Shown here: piece by piece, positions 20,570 through 30,900 of the stretch
Numbering within the stretch: position 1 is the first letter of the stretch
Layout of the letters: every line of letters begins with the position of its first letter
Source of the DNA: an uncultured bacterium
GTDB taxonomy: Bacteria > Sysuimicrobiota > Sysuimicrobiia > Sysuimicrobiales > Sysuimicrobiaceae
Assembly: GCA_938028835.1 (NCBI GenBank)
Contig: CALIMJ010000013.1
Span: 34,381 to 98,380, forward strand
Direction: 5' to 3'
Length of the DNA stretch: 64,000 bases
Program-made: the position numbers and the translations under genes
The notes under the pieces: generated by a model
What the model was told of the DNA's origin: nothing
Databases searched by the model: none
What the model saw: only the letters and a program-made list of their open reading frames with translations

Positions 20570-21919
20570 TCAGGCCCGACCGCGCGACTCCCACTCGTGG
20601 AGCCAATCACGCAGCAGGTCCGCCAGGGTCGGAGAGCCGACCTCCTCCAGCTCGTAGCGCACCCGGACAGCGGGCTTGTCCAGGTGTAGCAGCCGCCGCA
20701 GGTCCACGGGGGTTCCCACGACCACCGCGTCTACCTCCGCGCGCAGGAGAGTTTGCTCCAGTTCCCGCAGCTGCTGGCCTCCGTACCCCATGGCGGGTAA
20801 CACCTGGGTGAGGTGCGGGTAGTCACGGAAGGTCTGCTGCAAGCTGCCCACCGCGTACGGCCGCGGGTCCACCACCACCGCCCCCAGCCGGCGGGCAGCC
20901 AGCAGCCCCGCGCCGTAGGGCATCCCGCCGTGGGTGACGGTGGGCCCGTCCTCCACCACCACCACCCGCCGGCCCGCCACCACCTCCGGACGGTCCACCT
21001 GGATGGGCGAGGCCGCCTCCACGATGACCGCGTCGGGGTTTGCGGCCCGGACGTTGCGCACCACTTCCTCCACCGCCGCCCGGGGTGCGGTGTCCACCTT
21101 GTTCACCACCACTACGTGCGCCATGCGGAGGTTTGTTTCGCCGGGGTGGTAGCGCAGCTCGTGGCCGGGCCGGTGGGGGTCCGCCACCACCACGTAGCGG
21201 TCGGGCCACACGAAGGGGAAGTCGTTGTTGCCTCCGTCCCACACCAGGACCTCCGCCTCCGCCTCGGCCCTGCGGAACACCTCGCCGTAGTCCACACCCG
21301 CGTACACCGGCACACCCATCGCGACGTGGGGCTCGTACTCCTCGCGCTCCTCCACCGTGAGGGGCGTGCGGTCCAGGTCCTCCCACGAGGCGAAGCGCTG
21401 CACCGCCTGAGCCAAGAGGTCGCCGTAGGCCATGGGGTGGCGGACTACCACCACCCGCTTGCCCCACTCCCGCAAAAGGCGCGCCAGCTTCCGGGTGGTC
21501 TGGCTCTTGCCGCTGCCGGTGCGCACGGCACCCACCGCCACCACCGGCACGCCGACCCGCAGCATGGTGTCTTCGGGTCCCAGGAGGCGGACGCTGCTGC
21601 CCGCGGCCAGGGCCCGGGAGGCCACGTGCATCACGTGCTCGTGCGAGACGTCACTGTAGCTGAACACCACCTCCCGCACTCCCTCCCGGCGGATCCACGC
21701 CTCCATCTCCTCCTCGGGCACGATGGGGATCCCCTCCGGGTAGCCTGGCCCCGCCAGCTCGGGGGGATAGCGGCGGCCCGCGAGGTTGGGGATCTGGGTG
21801 GCGGTGAAGGCCACCACCCGGTAGTCCGATCGGTGGCGGAAGTACACGTTGAAGTTGTGGAAGTCCCGGCCGCCGGCCCCCAGGATCAGGACGCGGACGG
21901 GTTCGGCCACGAAGGTCAC
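20570..21919 (-). CDS. P-loop protein of the cyclic 2,3-diphosphoglycerate synthetase-like family (COG2403-like)
   Basis: GTG 21919 (VTFVAEPVRVLILGAGGRDFHNFNVYFR...) overlaps the argS stop as GTGA. Contains the P-loop GAVRTGSGKSQTT. The family name is from memory of similarly annotated proteins. Confidence 0.65.
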   Translation of the reverse strand: MTFVAEPVRVLILGAGGRDFHNFNVYFRHRSDYRVVAFTATQIPNLAGRRYPPELAGPGYPEGIPIVPEEEMEAWIRREGVREVVFSYSDVSHEHVMHVASRALAAGSSVRLLGPEDTMLRVGVPVVAVGAVRTGSGKSQTTRKLARLLREWGKRVVVVRHPMAYGDLLAQAVQRFASWEDLDRTPLTVEEREEYEPHVAMGVPVYAGVDYGEVFRRAEAEAEVLVWDGGNNDFPFVWPDRYVVVADPHRPGHELRYHPGETNLRMAHVVVVNKVDTAPRAAVEEVVRNVRAANPDAVIVEAASPIQVDRPEVVAGRRVVVVEDGPTVTHGGMPYGAGLLAARRLGAVVVDPRPYAVGSLQQTFRDYPHLTQVLPAMGYGGQQLRELEQTLLRAEVDAVVVGTPVDLRRLLHLDKPAVRVRYELEEVGSPTLADLLRDWLHEWESRGRA

Positions 21920-23757
21920 ATGACCTCGGGGGCGGGGACGCCCAACAGTTCCAGGCCGGTACGCAACACGTCCCGCACCTGCCGCACCAGGGCCAGCCGG
22001 GCGCCCCGCAGCCCCGGCGGGGCCTGCAGCACGGGGGTGGCGGGGCTTCCGTCTGGGTGGCGGGCGTTGTAGTAGGCGTTCCACGCCGCGGCCAGGTCCA
22101 GCAGGTACTGGGCCAGCACGTGCGGGGTGCGCTGGGCCGCGGCCGCGGCCACCGCGTCCGGGAAATCCAGCAGCGTGCGGGCCACGGGCCGCTCGTACTC
22201 CGTGGCCTGCGCGAAGTCCGCCTCCTCGGCCAGCACGCCCGCCTCCTCCGCCCGGCGCAGGATGGAGGCTGCCCGGGCGTGGGCGTACTGCACGTACGGC
22301 CCGCTGTCCCCGTCGAAGGACAGGGCCTGCTCCCAGCGGAAGTCGATCTGCCGGCGGGGCTCCGTCCTCACCATGGCGAACCGTACCGCGCCGATCCCTA
22401 CCTGCTCCGCAGCGGATTCGGGGTCGGGGTGTTCCGGGTTCTTTTCCGCCACCACCGCCCGCGCCCTACGGTGCGCCTCGTCCAGCACCTCGTCCACGGA
22501 GACCGTGTGGCCCCGGCGGCCGGAGATCCGGCGACCCTCCAGGGTTACGGTCTCGTAGGCCAGGTGGTGGGCGACCTCGGCTAGGTCCGGCCGGCCCGCC
22601 ACCGCGAGGGCGGCGCGTACCACCCGCTGGGGGTAGCTCTGGGTGGCGTCGATGACGTTGATGGTCTCCTCGCAGCCTCCGAAGCCCACCGAGCGGTCAC
22701 CCTCGGGGTGGGAGGTGTACAGGAGGCGGCCGGAGGGCTGCTGGGCGAACGGCCGGAAACCCAGGCCCTGAAGCAGCCCCATCTTCCAGAACTGGAAGGC
22801 GATGTCCTTGGCCGGGTAGGTGGCGGTGCCGTCCGACCGCACCAGTACCAGGTACGGATCCTCCAGCCCCTGGACGAAGGACGACGTGTCCATCACCAGG
22901 GCCCCTGCGTACTTCCCCTCGCGGGGTCGTTGCACGTACGGGGTGTGTTCCAAAAGGGCCAGGGCCTGCTGCAGGAGGCCTTCCCGCACCAGGTCGGACT
23001 CCCACACCAGGGCGTCGTACTCCGCGCCCAGGCGCCACATGGTGTCCAGCTGCGCCCGCAGGACGCGTTCCACCTCCGACCGCAGCTCGCCGGATTCCAG
23101 CCGGTGGAGCACCGCCCGCACGCCTGCCTCCAGCTCCTCCCGGAGCCGGGGATCCTCCATCTCCCGGTGCAAGCGGACGTACGCTTGGCCCACCCAGTGG
23201 TCGTACTTGGTGACCCCGTCGTAGCGCAGCCCGTACCGCTCCAGGGCGAACAGGGTCTCGGCCACCTGGCGGCCCGTGTCGTCGATGTAGTTGAGGACCT
23301 GGACCTCGTAGCCCGCGTAGCGGAGGATCCGGCTGACGGCGTCGCCGAGGGCGATGTTGCGCAGGTGGCCCACGTGCAGCTCCTTGTTGGGGTTGACGGA
23401 GGTGTGCTCCACCAGCACCCTCCGCCCCACGGGCGCAGGGGGGCGGAGGGGTTCGGCGGCTGCCCGGACCAACTCTGCTGCCCCCACCGTGAAGTTCACA
23501 TACCCACCTACCGCCTCCACACCGGCCACGCCGGCAGGCGGGCAGACCCGGGCGGCCAGTTCCCGCGCGAGCTCCGCGGGGGGACGGCGCAGGACTCGCG
23601 CGAGGGTGAAGGCCACGGGGGTGCCGTAGTCACCAGGCCGGTCCGGCGGGGTCGGCTGCACGGGCACGTCCACCGGCTCCTCCACCCCGAGCAGCACCAG
23701 CGACTGCTCTACGGCCCTCCGCAGCTCGGCCTTGAGGTTGCGCACGTCCCGGACCAT
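21916..23757 (-). CDS. argS: arginine--tRNA ligase
   Basis: Start at MVRDVRNLKAELRRAVE (residue 226 of track ORF 21916..24432). Class I motifs SVNPNKELHVGHLRN and ...GRRISGRRG..., with a C-terminal DALR anticodon-binding domain ending in ...GVPAPEVM. Confidence 0.9.
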   Translation of the reverse strand: MVRDVRNLKAELRRAVEQSLVLLGVEEPVDVPVQPTPPDRPGDYGTPVAFTLARVLRRPPAELARELAARVCPPAGVAGVEAVGGYVNFTVGAAELVRAAAEPLRPPAPVGRRVLVEHTSVNPNKELHVGHLRNIALGDAVSRILRYAGYEVQVLNYIDDTGRQVAETLFALERYGLRYDGVTKYDHWVGQAYVRLHREMEDPRLREELEAGVRAVLHRLESGELRSEVERVLRAQLDTMWRLGAEYDALVWESDLVREGLLQQALALLEHTPYVQRPREGKYAGALVMDTSSFVQGLEDPYLVLVRSDGTATYPAKDIAFQFWKMGLLQGLGFRPFAQQPSGRLLYTSHPEGDRSVGFGGCEETINVIDATQSYPQRVVRAALAVAGRPDLAEVAHHLAYETVTLEGRRISGRRGHTVSVDEVLDEAHRRARAVVAEKNPEHPDPESAAEQVGIGAVRFAMVRTEPRRQIDFRWEQALSFDGDSGPYVQYAHARAASILRRAEEAGVLAEEADFAQATEYERPVARTLLDFPDAVAAAAAQRTPHVLAQYLLDLAAAWNAYYNARHPDGSPATPVLQAPPGLRGARLALVRQVRDVLRTGLELLGVPAPEVM

Positions 23758-23798
23758 GGTAGCAGGACCCGTGGAGCTCCGGATGGTATAATGCGGCC

Positions 23799-24134
23799 GT
23801 GAGTGCGGCGCGGGAGCTGCTGGACCGGGTGGTGCGCTCGGTGCGCGAGGGCGCCACCTCGGTGGCGCGCGAGTCGGAGAGGCTCGCTCGGGTGGCTCGG
23901 GTGCGCCTGGAGATCGGGACGCTGCAGGCCCGCCTGGAGGATCGCTATACGGACATCGGGCGGCTGGTGCACGCCAGATACCGGGCGGGAAGCCTGCAGG
24001 ACCCCGAGCTGGCGGCCCTGTGCGAGCCCGCGGAGGCGCTGGAGGCGGAGATCCGCCGGCTGGAACAGGAACTGGCGGACCTGCGCAGCGCGGAGCCCGG
24101 CCGGGTCGGGCCGGAGCACCGTCCGGGCGAGTAG
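23799..24134 (+). CDS. small coiled-coil hypothetical protein
   Basis: 111 aa, GTG start, heptad-like E/R/L-rich sequence, divergent from argS. No recognised family. Confidence 0.35.
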   Translation: MSAARELLDRVVRSVREGATSVARESERLARVARVRLEIGTLQARLEDRYTDIGRLVHARYRAGSLQDPELAALCEPAEALEAEIRRLEQELADLRSAEPGRVGPEHRPGE

Positions 24135-24226
24135 TCGCAGTCCCGCCAGGTCGGGACGCCAAGCCCAGGGGAACAAGTCGCCGCGCCTGTGAGCGATCCC
24201 CCTTGACGGAGAGCCGAGGAGGTCCA

Positions 24227-25480
24227 GTGGGCGTGTTGGGCCGGAGGTGCGTTTGGGCCGTGGTGCTGGCGGCCGTCCTCACTTTGCCCGCGTGGAGCCA
24301 AATCTTTACCGACGTGGCGGGCCGGCCGGAGCAGCGGATGCTGGACAAGCTGGCGGCCAGAGGGGTGTTCCCCATCCCCCAGGATCGCCGGTTCCAGCCG
24401 GAAGAACGCATCACCCGCCTGGACTTCTTCACCGCCCTCGCCCGGGCGGTGGGGCTGCGGGAGGGCGGGGGCAGCCTGCCGGACTACCGGGACGCTCAGG
24501 AGATCCCCTCCGATGCGCGCGGTCTGCTGGCGGCCCTGGCCAGCGCGGGCACCGTCAACCAGCGCAAGGCGATCCGCAAGGTACAGGAGTGGGAGGTGAT
24601 CCTGGAGACGGACAAGGGGACCTACGGGCCCGGGGAGGAGATCGGGCTCACCTTGTCCCTGCGCAACACATCTGGCCAGGCCGCGCAGGTGGAGTTCCCC
24701 ACCTCCCAGCGCTACGACTTCGTGATCCGCAGCCCGTCCGGGGAGGAGGTGGCCCGCTGGTCTTTGGGCCAGCAGTTCACCACCCAGGGTCTGAAGCTGA
24801 CGGTGCAGCCCAACCAGCAGGTGGTCCTTGGGGACACGAAGTGGAAGCAGCTGGACCAGAACGACCGGCCGGTGCCGCCCGGCCGGTACGAGCTGGTGGG
24901 CGTGGTCACCGCGCGACCCCAGCCCATGACGGTGACCCTCTTTTTCACCAAGGGGTTCGTGACCAGCTTCCCCGACAACACGTTCCGGCCGCGGGCACCC
25001 ATCTCGCGGGCCGAGGTGGCGGAGCTGGCCGCCCGGGTGAGCGGGCTGGAGCAGGAGGCGCTGGCCAAGCGCGGCAGCCCCATCCCCGCGCAGGACGCCC
25101 AGGACGTGAAACCGGAACACCGCGGCTACGTGGCCCTGGCGGTGGAGCGGAGGTTCCTCCTCCTCTCGGAGGGACGGGTGCGGGCCAACGACCCCGCCAC
25201 ACGGCTGGACGCGGCGGTGGCCCTGGACGGAGTCATGAACGTCCTGGGCCGGTACAGCTTCGTGCGCGGCCGCTTCCGGGCCATCCAGCCCGGGAACCCC
25301 TCCATCCTGTCCGTGACGGACGGGCCTACGATCCGCAGCTTCCGCCTGGGCCCCGTGGTGGCGGTGTACCGGAACGACCGGCCCGCTCAGCTACAGGACT
25401 TGAAGCCCAACGACGAATTGGCCATGCTGTTGCTGGGGGACGTGGGAGACGTGAGCTACATCGAGGCGAGGGGACCGTAG
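24227..25480 (+). CDS. cell-wall-associated protein: SLH - BsuPI-like (intracellular proteinase inhibitor fold) - SLH
   Basis: GTG 24227 after SD GAGGAGG. Signal peptide VGVLGRRCVWAVVLAAVLTLPAWS. SLH-like segments are FTDVAGRPEQRMLDKLAARGV and FPDNTFRPRAPISRAEVAELAARV. The central segment ILETDKGTYGPGEEIGLTLSLRNTSGQAAQVEFPTSQRYDFVIRSPSGEEVARWS is BsuPI-like. Confidence 0.7.
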   Translation: MGVLGRRCVWAVVLAAVLTLPAWSQIFTDVAGRPEQRMLDKLAARGVFPIPQDRRFQPEERITRLDFFTALARAVGLREGGGSLPDYRDAQEIPSDARGLLAALASAGTVNQRKAIRKVQEWEVILETDKGTYGPGEEIGLTLSLRNTSGQAAQVEFPTSQRYDFVIRSPSGEEVARWSLGQQFTTQGLKLTVQPNQQVVLGDTKWKQLDQNDRPVPPGRYELVGVVTARPQPMTVTLFFTKGFVTSFPDNTFRPRAPISRAEVAELAARVSGLEQEALAKRGSPIPAQDAQDVKPEHRGYVALAVERRFLLLSEGRVRANDPATRLDAAVALDGVMNVLGRYSFVRGRFRAIQPGNPSILSVTDGPTIRSFRLGPVVAVYRNDRPAQLQDLKPNDELAMLLLGDVGDVSYIEARGP

Positions 25481-25492
25481 CGGAGCCCGCGC

Positions 25493-26176
25493 ATGCTCTT
25501 CTTCCTGGACACCGCCAACCCCGACCAGATCCGTACCGCCGCGTCGTGGGGGATCCTGGACGGGGTGACCACGAACCCGACCCTATTGGCGCGGGAGGGG
25601 CGCGAGCCGCGGGAGCTCGTCCGCGAGATCGCCCGCTGGGTCTCCGGCCCCATCAGCGTGGAGACCACCAGCCTGGACGCGGAGGGCATGGTCCGGGAGG
25701 CCCGGGAGTTTGTGGGCTGGGCTCCCAACGTGGTGGTGAAGGTGCCCATGACGCCGGAGGGCTTGCGCGCGGTGGTGGCCCTCCGGGGGGAGGGCATCCG
25801 CACCAACGTGACGCTGGTGTTCACGCCGGTGCAGGCGTTGCTGGCGGCGAAGGCGGGTGCGACGTTCGTCAGCCCCTTCGTGGGTCGGCTGGACGACATC
25901 GGCCACGTGGGGATGGACACGGTCCGGCAGGCGGTGGAGATCCTGCGGCGGTACGGGTTCCCCACCCAGGTGCTGGCGGCCAGCCTGCGGCACCCCCTGC
26001 ACGTGCTGGAGGCGGCGCGGGCGGGCGCGGACATCGCCACCATGCCCTTCGCCACGTTGGAGCAGCTGTTCCGCCACCCGCTCACGGACCAGGGGCTGGA
26101 GCGGTTCCTGGCGGACTGGCGCAGGCTGCAGGAGGAGCTGGCCAGCCGCACCGCGGCGCCTGCTGGGGGGTCGTAG
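25493..26176 (+). CDS. tal: transaldolase / fructose-6-phosphate aldolase (short type)
   Basis: 227 aa. [32 protein letters not shown]...VVKVPMT...[11 protein letters not shown]. Confidence 0.9.
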   Translation: MLFFLDTANPDQIRTAASWGILDGVTTNPTLLAREGREPRELVREIARWVSGPISVETTSLDAEGMVREAREFVGWAPNVVVKVPMTPEGLRAVVALRGEGIRTNVTLVFTPVQALLAAKAGATFVSPFVGRLDDIGHVGMDTVRQAVEILRRYGFPTQVLAASLRHPLHVLEAARAGADIATMPFATLEQLFRHPLTDQGLERFLADWRRLQEELASRTAAPAGGS

Positions 26177-26291
26177 GAGCGACCCGCACCCCGGGCGTTG
26201 ATCTTCGGGAACGGCGCGCCTTGCAGAGCTTCGAAAGGTCCCCGGTCGGCCCGGCCGGGCGGCAGCGGACACAGGGGCACAGGAACTGGAG

Positions 26292-27572
26292 GTGGCAGTC
26301 ATTCTCGCGCTGGCGGAGCTGGAAGCCAAGAACCTGAACGAGCTCCAGGAGATCGCGAAGGAGCTGAACATCCCCAACTACCGCCGGTACCGCAAGCAGG
26401 AGCTCATCATGCGGATCCTGCAGGCGCAGACCGAGCAGTCGGGGCTCATGTTCCGCTCCGGGATCCTGGAGATCATGCCGGAGGGCTACGGGTTCCTGCG
26501 GTCCAGCGGGTACCTGCCCGGCCCGGAGGACATCTACGTGTCCCCCTCCCAGATCAAGCGGTTCGGGCTGCGGGTGGGGGACGAGGTGTTGGGGCAGGTG
26601 AGGCCCCCCAAGGACAACGAGAAGTACTACGCCCTCCTGCGGGTGGAGGCGGTGAACGGGCTGGATCCCGAGCAGGCGCGCAACCGCCCCCACTTCGAAC
26701 AGCTGACCCCGGTCTTCCCGTACGAGCGCTTCCGCCTGGAGACCGGCAGCGACCTCACCACCCGGGTGGTGGATCTGTTCGCGCCCATCGGCAAGGGGCA
26801 GCGAGCCATGATCGTGTCCCCGCCCAAAGCGGGGAAGACCACGCTGTTGAAGAAGATCGGGCAGGCCATCGTGCAGAACCACCCCGAGGTGTACCTGATG
26901 GTGCTGCTGCTGGACGAGCGGCCCGAGGAGGTCACCGACATGCGCCGGTCCGTGGAGGCGGAGGTGGTGGCCAGCACCTTTGACCGGCCGCCGGAGGAGC
27001 ATGTGCAGGTAGCGGATTTGGTGCTGGAGCGGGCCAAGCGGATCGTGGAGGGCAAGCGGGACGTGGTGATCCTCCTGGACAGCCTGACTCGGTTCGCGCG
27101 GGCCAACAACCTGGTGATCCCGCCCTCAGGCCGCACCCTGTCGGGTGGCCTGGATCCCGCGGCCCTGCACCGGCCCAAGCGGTTCTTCGGAGCCGCGCGC
27201 AAGATCGAGGAGGGGGGCAGCCTGACCATCGTGGCCACCGCCCTCATCGACACCGGGAGTCGCATGGACGACATGATCTACGAGGAGTTCAAGGGAACGG
27301 GGAACATGGAGCTGCACCTGAACCGCAAGCTGCAGGAGCGGCGCACCTTCCCCGCCATCGACATCAAGATGTCCGGCACCCGGCGCGAGGAACTGCTGCT
27401 GACGGAGGAGGAGCTGCGCAAGGTCTGGGTGCTCCGCAAGTCGCTGGAGCAGCTGGACACCGTGGCCATGACGGAGCTGATCCTGGACCGGATGCGCAAG
27501 ACCCCCAACAACGCGGCCTTTCTTCGGTCCATCGTGAAGTCCTCGGAGGAAGAGATCCGGGTCGGTTCCTAA
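26292..27572 (+). CDS. rho: transcription termination factor Rho
   Basis: 426 aa. N-terminal [28 protein letters not shown]-binding GYGFLR, Walker [11 protein letters not shown], and [13 protein letters not shown]. Confidence 0.95.
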   Translation: MAVILALAELEAKNLNELQEIAKELNIPNYRRYRKQELIMRILQAQTEQSGLMFRSGILEIMPEGYGFLRSSGYLPGPEDIYVSPSQIKRFGLRVGDEVLGQVRPPKDNEKYYALLRVEAVNGLDPEQARNRPHFEQLTPVFPYERFRLETGSDLTTRVVDLFAPIGKGQRAMIVSPPKAGKTTLLKKIGQAIVQNHPEVYLMVLLLDERPEEVTDMRRSVEAEVVASTFDRPPEEHVQVADLVLERAKRIVEGKRDVVILLDSLTRFARANNLVIPPSGRTLSGGLDPAALHRPKRFFGAARKIEEGGSLTIVATALIDTGSRMDDMIYEEFKGTGNMELHLNRKLQERRTFPAIDIKMSGTRREELLLTEEELRKVWVLRKSLEQLDTVAMTELILDRMRKTPNNAAFLRSIVKSSEEEIRVGS

Positions 27573-27766
27573 GCAGGGGATCCCGGACCGGCTCCAGAGG
27601 TCTGTGCCGCCCCTCGCATAGACCCAGATGCGACAACCTGCGTGGGGGGCATTCGTTCGCATCTATACCCGGTTGACAACTTAGCCTATAATCTATCCGT
27701 CCGCGGTCGCGCGGGCGTCGTCCGTAGCAGCAACCACAAGACCCAGAAGGACACCCGGGAGGGGCG

Positions 27767-28771
27767 TTGCGACGCGCCGCTTTCCGAGCCCTGGCTGTGT
27801 GCGTGGTGTTGTTGGTCCCGGGCCCGCGCACCGGCTCCACAGAGGTTCACAGGGCCACCGACCGTGGGGCTTCGGGCTCCGTGGTGTTCCGCGAGCGTCC
27901 CCGTCCGCGGCTGCCTGAGGTGATCCAGCCCCCGGCGTTCCTGGTCGCCCGCGATACCCCCCGTCACTCCCCAACGAACACCCCGCGGCCTGACCCCCCG
28001 AACCGGACGCCGCGGCTGGCGGCTCGGACGGCGTCCCAGCGGTACACCGTGGCGGAGGGAGACACCCTGTGGGGGATCGCGCGCCGGTTCGGCACCACGG
28101 TGGACGCGCTGGTGGAGGCCAACGGGATTTCGGAAGCGGACTTTCTCCGCCCGGGTCAGGTTCTTCGAGTCCCCTCCACACGCGAGGGTGCCCCGCGCCG
28201 CGCGGTCGTGGTGTCCACCTACACCGTCCGCGAGGGGGACACGCTGTGGGCCATCGCCCTCAAGACCGGGGTGTCGGTGGAGCAGCTGGCGGAGGCGAAC
28301 GGGATCCGAGGCGACCGCCTGCACATCGGGCAGAAGCTAGTTATCCCGACAGGCCCCACCGCGCGCCCGCAGGCCCCGCGGGCCGTACCCCGCACCCGCG
28401 CGGTGGTGGCCTACCTGTGGCCGGCCCGGGGGGTGGTGACCTCGCGGTTCGGCACCCGATGGCGCCGGCACCACAGCGGGGTGGACATCGCGGCACCGCG
28501 CGGGACGCCCATCCACGCCGCGCGGGATGGCCGGGTGGTGCGAGCGGGCTGGTACGGGGGCTACGGGCTGGTGGTGATCCTCGACCACGGGGACGGCATG
28601 GAGACGTGGTACGGCCACGCCTCGGCAGTGCTGGTGCGGGTCGGTCAGCGGGTGGAGCGCGGGCAGGTGATCGCCCGGGTGGGGTGTACGGGCGCGTGCA
28701 CCGGCCCGCACGTGCACTTTGAGGTCCGGGTCCGCGGCCAGCCCGTAAACCCCCTGCGCTACCTACCGTAA
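27767..28771 (+). CDS. secreted LysM-LysM-M23 peptidoglycan endopeptidase
   Basis: TTG start after GGGAGGGG. Two LysM repeats ([34 protein letters not shown]) and M23 motifs [14 protein letters not shown]...[15 protein letters not shown]. Confidence 0.85.
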   Translation: MRRAAFRALAVCVVLLVPGPRTGSTEVHRATDRGASGSVVFRERPRPRLPEVIQPPAFLVARDTPRHSPTNTPRPDPPNRTPRLAARTASQRYTVAEGDTLWGIARRFGTTVDALVEANGISEADFLRPGQVLRVPSTREGAPRRAVVVSTYTVREGDTLWAIALKTGVSVEQLAEANGIRGDRLHIGQKLVIPTGPTARPQAPRAVPRTRAVVAYLWPARGVVTSRFGTRWRRHHSGVDIAAPRGTPIHAARDGRVVRAGWYGGYGLVVILDHGDGMETWYGHASAVLVRVGQRVERGQVIARVGCTGACTGPHVHFEVRVRGQPVNPLRYLP

Positions 28772-28899
28772 CCGTCTGCGTTGCCCACGCGGTCGTGCCC
28801 GGAAAACCTCGGGAAGGGACGGGGGCCGTCCGGCGTTCTCCCGCTCGGGAAGTCGAGCCGGTCGGTTCGCTGCAGGTACGGGTCCGGTAGGATGGAAAC

Positions 28900-29805
28900 G
28901 TGGCGGGACGTCTGAGCTCCCCACCCAGGGCCACCCTCGGCGGCCAGGCGGTCCTCGAGGGCGTGATGATCCGCGGGCCCCACTGGGTCAGCACCGCGGT
29001 GCGCCGCCCCGACGGGGCCATCGCGGAGGAGGTGCTCCACCGACCGAGCGCGCTGGTCCGCAGGCGGTGGGCGCGGCTGCCGGTGGTTCGCGGGGTCGTG
29101 GTGCTGTGGGAGGCCCTGGTGGTGGGCACGCGGGCGCTGGCGTACTCCGCCAGCCAGGCGGTGGTCGGGGAGCTGGGCCGGCCCCTCTCGAGCCGCGAGG
29201 TAGCGCTGAGCCTGGGGCTGGGAGTGGGCCTGGCGGTGGGCCTGTTTTTCGTGTTGCCCACGCTGCTCGTGCGGTGGGTGGATCCCGGCTGGGGGGCGGT
29301 GTCGTTCAACCTAGTGGAGGGGCTGGTGCGCACCGCGGTCCTGGTGCTGTACGTGGGTGGGGTGGGGTTGTTCCCGGAGATCCGCCGGGTGTTCATGTAC
29401 CACGGTGCCGAGCACAAGGTGGTGAACGCGTGGGAGCGCGGGGTGCCGCTGGTGGTGGAGGAGGTGCAGAAGCAGAGCCGGTTCCACCCGCGGTGCGGGA
29501 CGTCGTTCCTGCTGGTGGTGGTCCTCGTGGCGGTAGTGGCGTTCTCGCTGCTGGGCAAGCCGCCCCTGTGGGCGCGGGTGGTTTCGCGGGTGCTGCTGGT
29601 CCCGTTGATCGCGGGCGTGGCGTACGAGGTCATCCGGGCCGGGGCGCGGTCTCGGTGGCTGCGTCCCCTGGTGGCGCCGGGGATCTGGCTGCAGCGGCTG
29701 ACCACACGGGAACCGGAGCCCCAGCAGGTGGAGGTGGCCCTCCGCGCCCTGCGGGCGGTGCTGGACCGGGAGGACTCAGGGTCGTTGGAGCGGACGGTGG
29801 TGTGA
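28900..29805 (+). CDS. DUF1385-family membrane protein (commonly precedes prfA in Firmicutes)
   Basis: 301 aa. [15 protein letters not shown]...[15 protein letters not shown]...[12 protein letters not shown]. The stop overlaps the prfA ATG (ATGA). Confidence 0.8.
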   Translation: MAGRLSSPPRATLGGQAVLEGVMIRGPHWVSTAVRRPDGAIAEEVLHRPSALVRRRWARLPVVRGVVVLWEALVVGTRALAYSASQAVVGELGRPLSSREVALSLGLGVGLAVGLFFVLPTLLVRWVDPGWGAVSFNLVEGLVRTAVLVLYVGGVGLFPEIRRVFMYHGAEHKVVNAWERGVPLVVEEVQKQSRFHPRCGTSFLLVVVLVAVVAFSLLGKPPLWARVVSRVLLVPLIAGVAYEVIRAGARSRWLRPLVAPGIWLQRLTTREPEPQQVEVALRALRAVLDREDSGSLERTVV

Positions 29806-30890
29806 TGAAGGGCGTGCAGGATCTGCTGGAGGCGCGCGTGGCCCAATTGGAGCAGCGGTATGAGGAATTGGGCCGGCTGCTCGGGGACCCGTCCGTCCTG
29901 CAGGACCCCGGGCGGTACCGGGACCTGGCCAAGGAGTACGCGGAGCTGGAAGAGGTGGTCCAGCGAGCCAGGGCGCTCCGTCAGGTGGAGGAGGAGCGGA
30001 CCCAGGCCGAGGCCCTGCTACAGGACCCCGACCCCGCGCTGCGGGACCTGGCAGCCCAGGAGCTGGAGCGGCTGGACGGGCGGAGGCGGGCGCTGTGGTC
30101 GGAGCTGGAGCATCTGCTGGCGCCCAAGGACCCGTACGACGACCGCAACATCTTCGTGGAGATCCGACCCGCCGCGGGGGGCGAGGAGGCCGCCCTGTTC
30201 GCCGGGGACCTGCTGCGGATGTACACCCGATACGCGGAGCGGCGCGGGTGGAAGGTGGAGGTGCTGGAGCTGAGCCCGTCGGACCTGGGCGGGGTGAAGT
30301 CCGCCACGTTGAGCATCGCGGGCAAGGGCGCGTACAGCCGGTTGAAGTACGAGAGCGGGGTGCACCGGGTCCAGAGGGTCCCCGCCACGGAGGCGGCGGG
30401 TCGCATCCACACCTCCACCGCCACGGTGGCGGTGCTGCCGGAGGCGGAGGAGGTGGAGGTGGAGATCCGGCCGGAGGAGCTGGAGGTGGACACCTTCCGG
30501 GCTGGCGGCGCGGGCGGCCAGAACGTGAACAAGGTGGAGACCGCGGTGCGGATCAAGCACCTTCCCACGGGGATCGTGGTGACGTGTCAGGACGAGCGTT
30601 CCCAGTACCAGAACCGGGAGAAGGCCCTGCGGATCCTGCGGGCGCACCTTCTGGAGCTGCGGCGCCGGGAGCAGCAGGAGCGCATCGCGGCTACTCGGCG
30701 ACAGCAGGTGGGCACCGGGGAGCGCAGCGAGAGGATCCGCACGTACAACTTCCCGCAGAACCGCGTCACCGACCACCGGATCGGTCTGACCCTGCACCGG
30801 CTCGACGCCGTGCTGGACGGGGAGCTGGACCCCATCCTGGACGCCCTGGCGGCTCACGCCCGCGGCCAAGCGGCCCAGGCGGCGCGCTGA
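29805..30890 (+). CDS. prfA: peptide chain release factor 1
   Basis: [22 protein letters not shown]..., PAT tripeptide RVPATE, and GGQ motif [19 protein letters not shown]. Confidence 0.95.
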   Translation: MKGVQDLLEARVAQLEQRYEELGRLLGDPSVLQDPGRYRDLAKEYAELEEVVQRARALRQVEEERTQAEALLQDPDPALRDLAAQELERLDGRRRALWSELEHLLAPKDPYDDRNIFVEIRPAAGGEEAALFAGDLLRMYTRYAERRGWKVEVLELSPSDLGGVKSATLSIAGKGAYSRLKYESGVHRVQRVPATEAAGRIHTSTATVAVLPEAEEVEVEIRPEELEVDTFRAGGAGGQNVNKVETAVRIKHLPTGIVVTCQDERSQYQNREKALRILRAHLLELRRREQQERIAATRRQQVGTGERSERIRTYNFPQNRVTDHRIGLTLHRLDAVLDGELDPILDALAAHARGQAAQAAR

Positions 30891-30900
30891 AGGAAGTCGG

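Noticed and set aside
24247-26337. 696-aa + strand ORF
   Set aside because: It is an alternative frame across the SLH/BsuPI protein and the transaldolase, both of which have convincing motifs in their own frames.
27573-27766. Possible tRNA or c-di-AMP (ydaO) riboswitch in the rho / M23-peptidase intergenic region
   Set aside because: I could trace no T-loop GGTTCGAATCC-like sequence or cloverleaf. The leader downstream of the AT-rich island is about 75 nt, shorter than the ydaO class, and lacks its conserved ACGGGG/CCGA-type blocks by eye.
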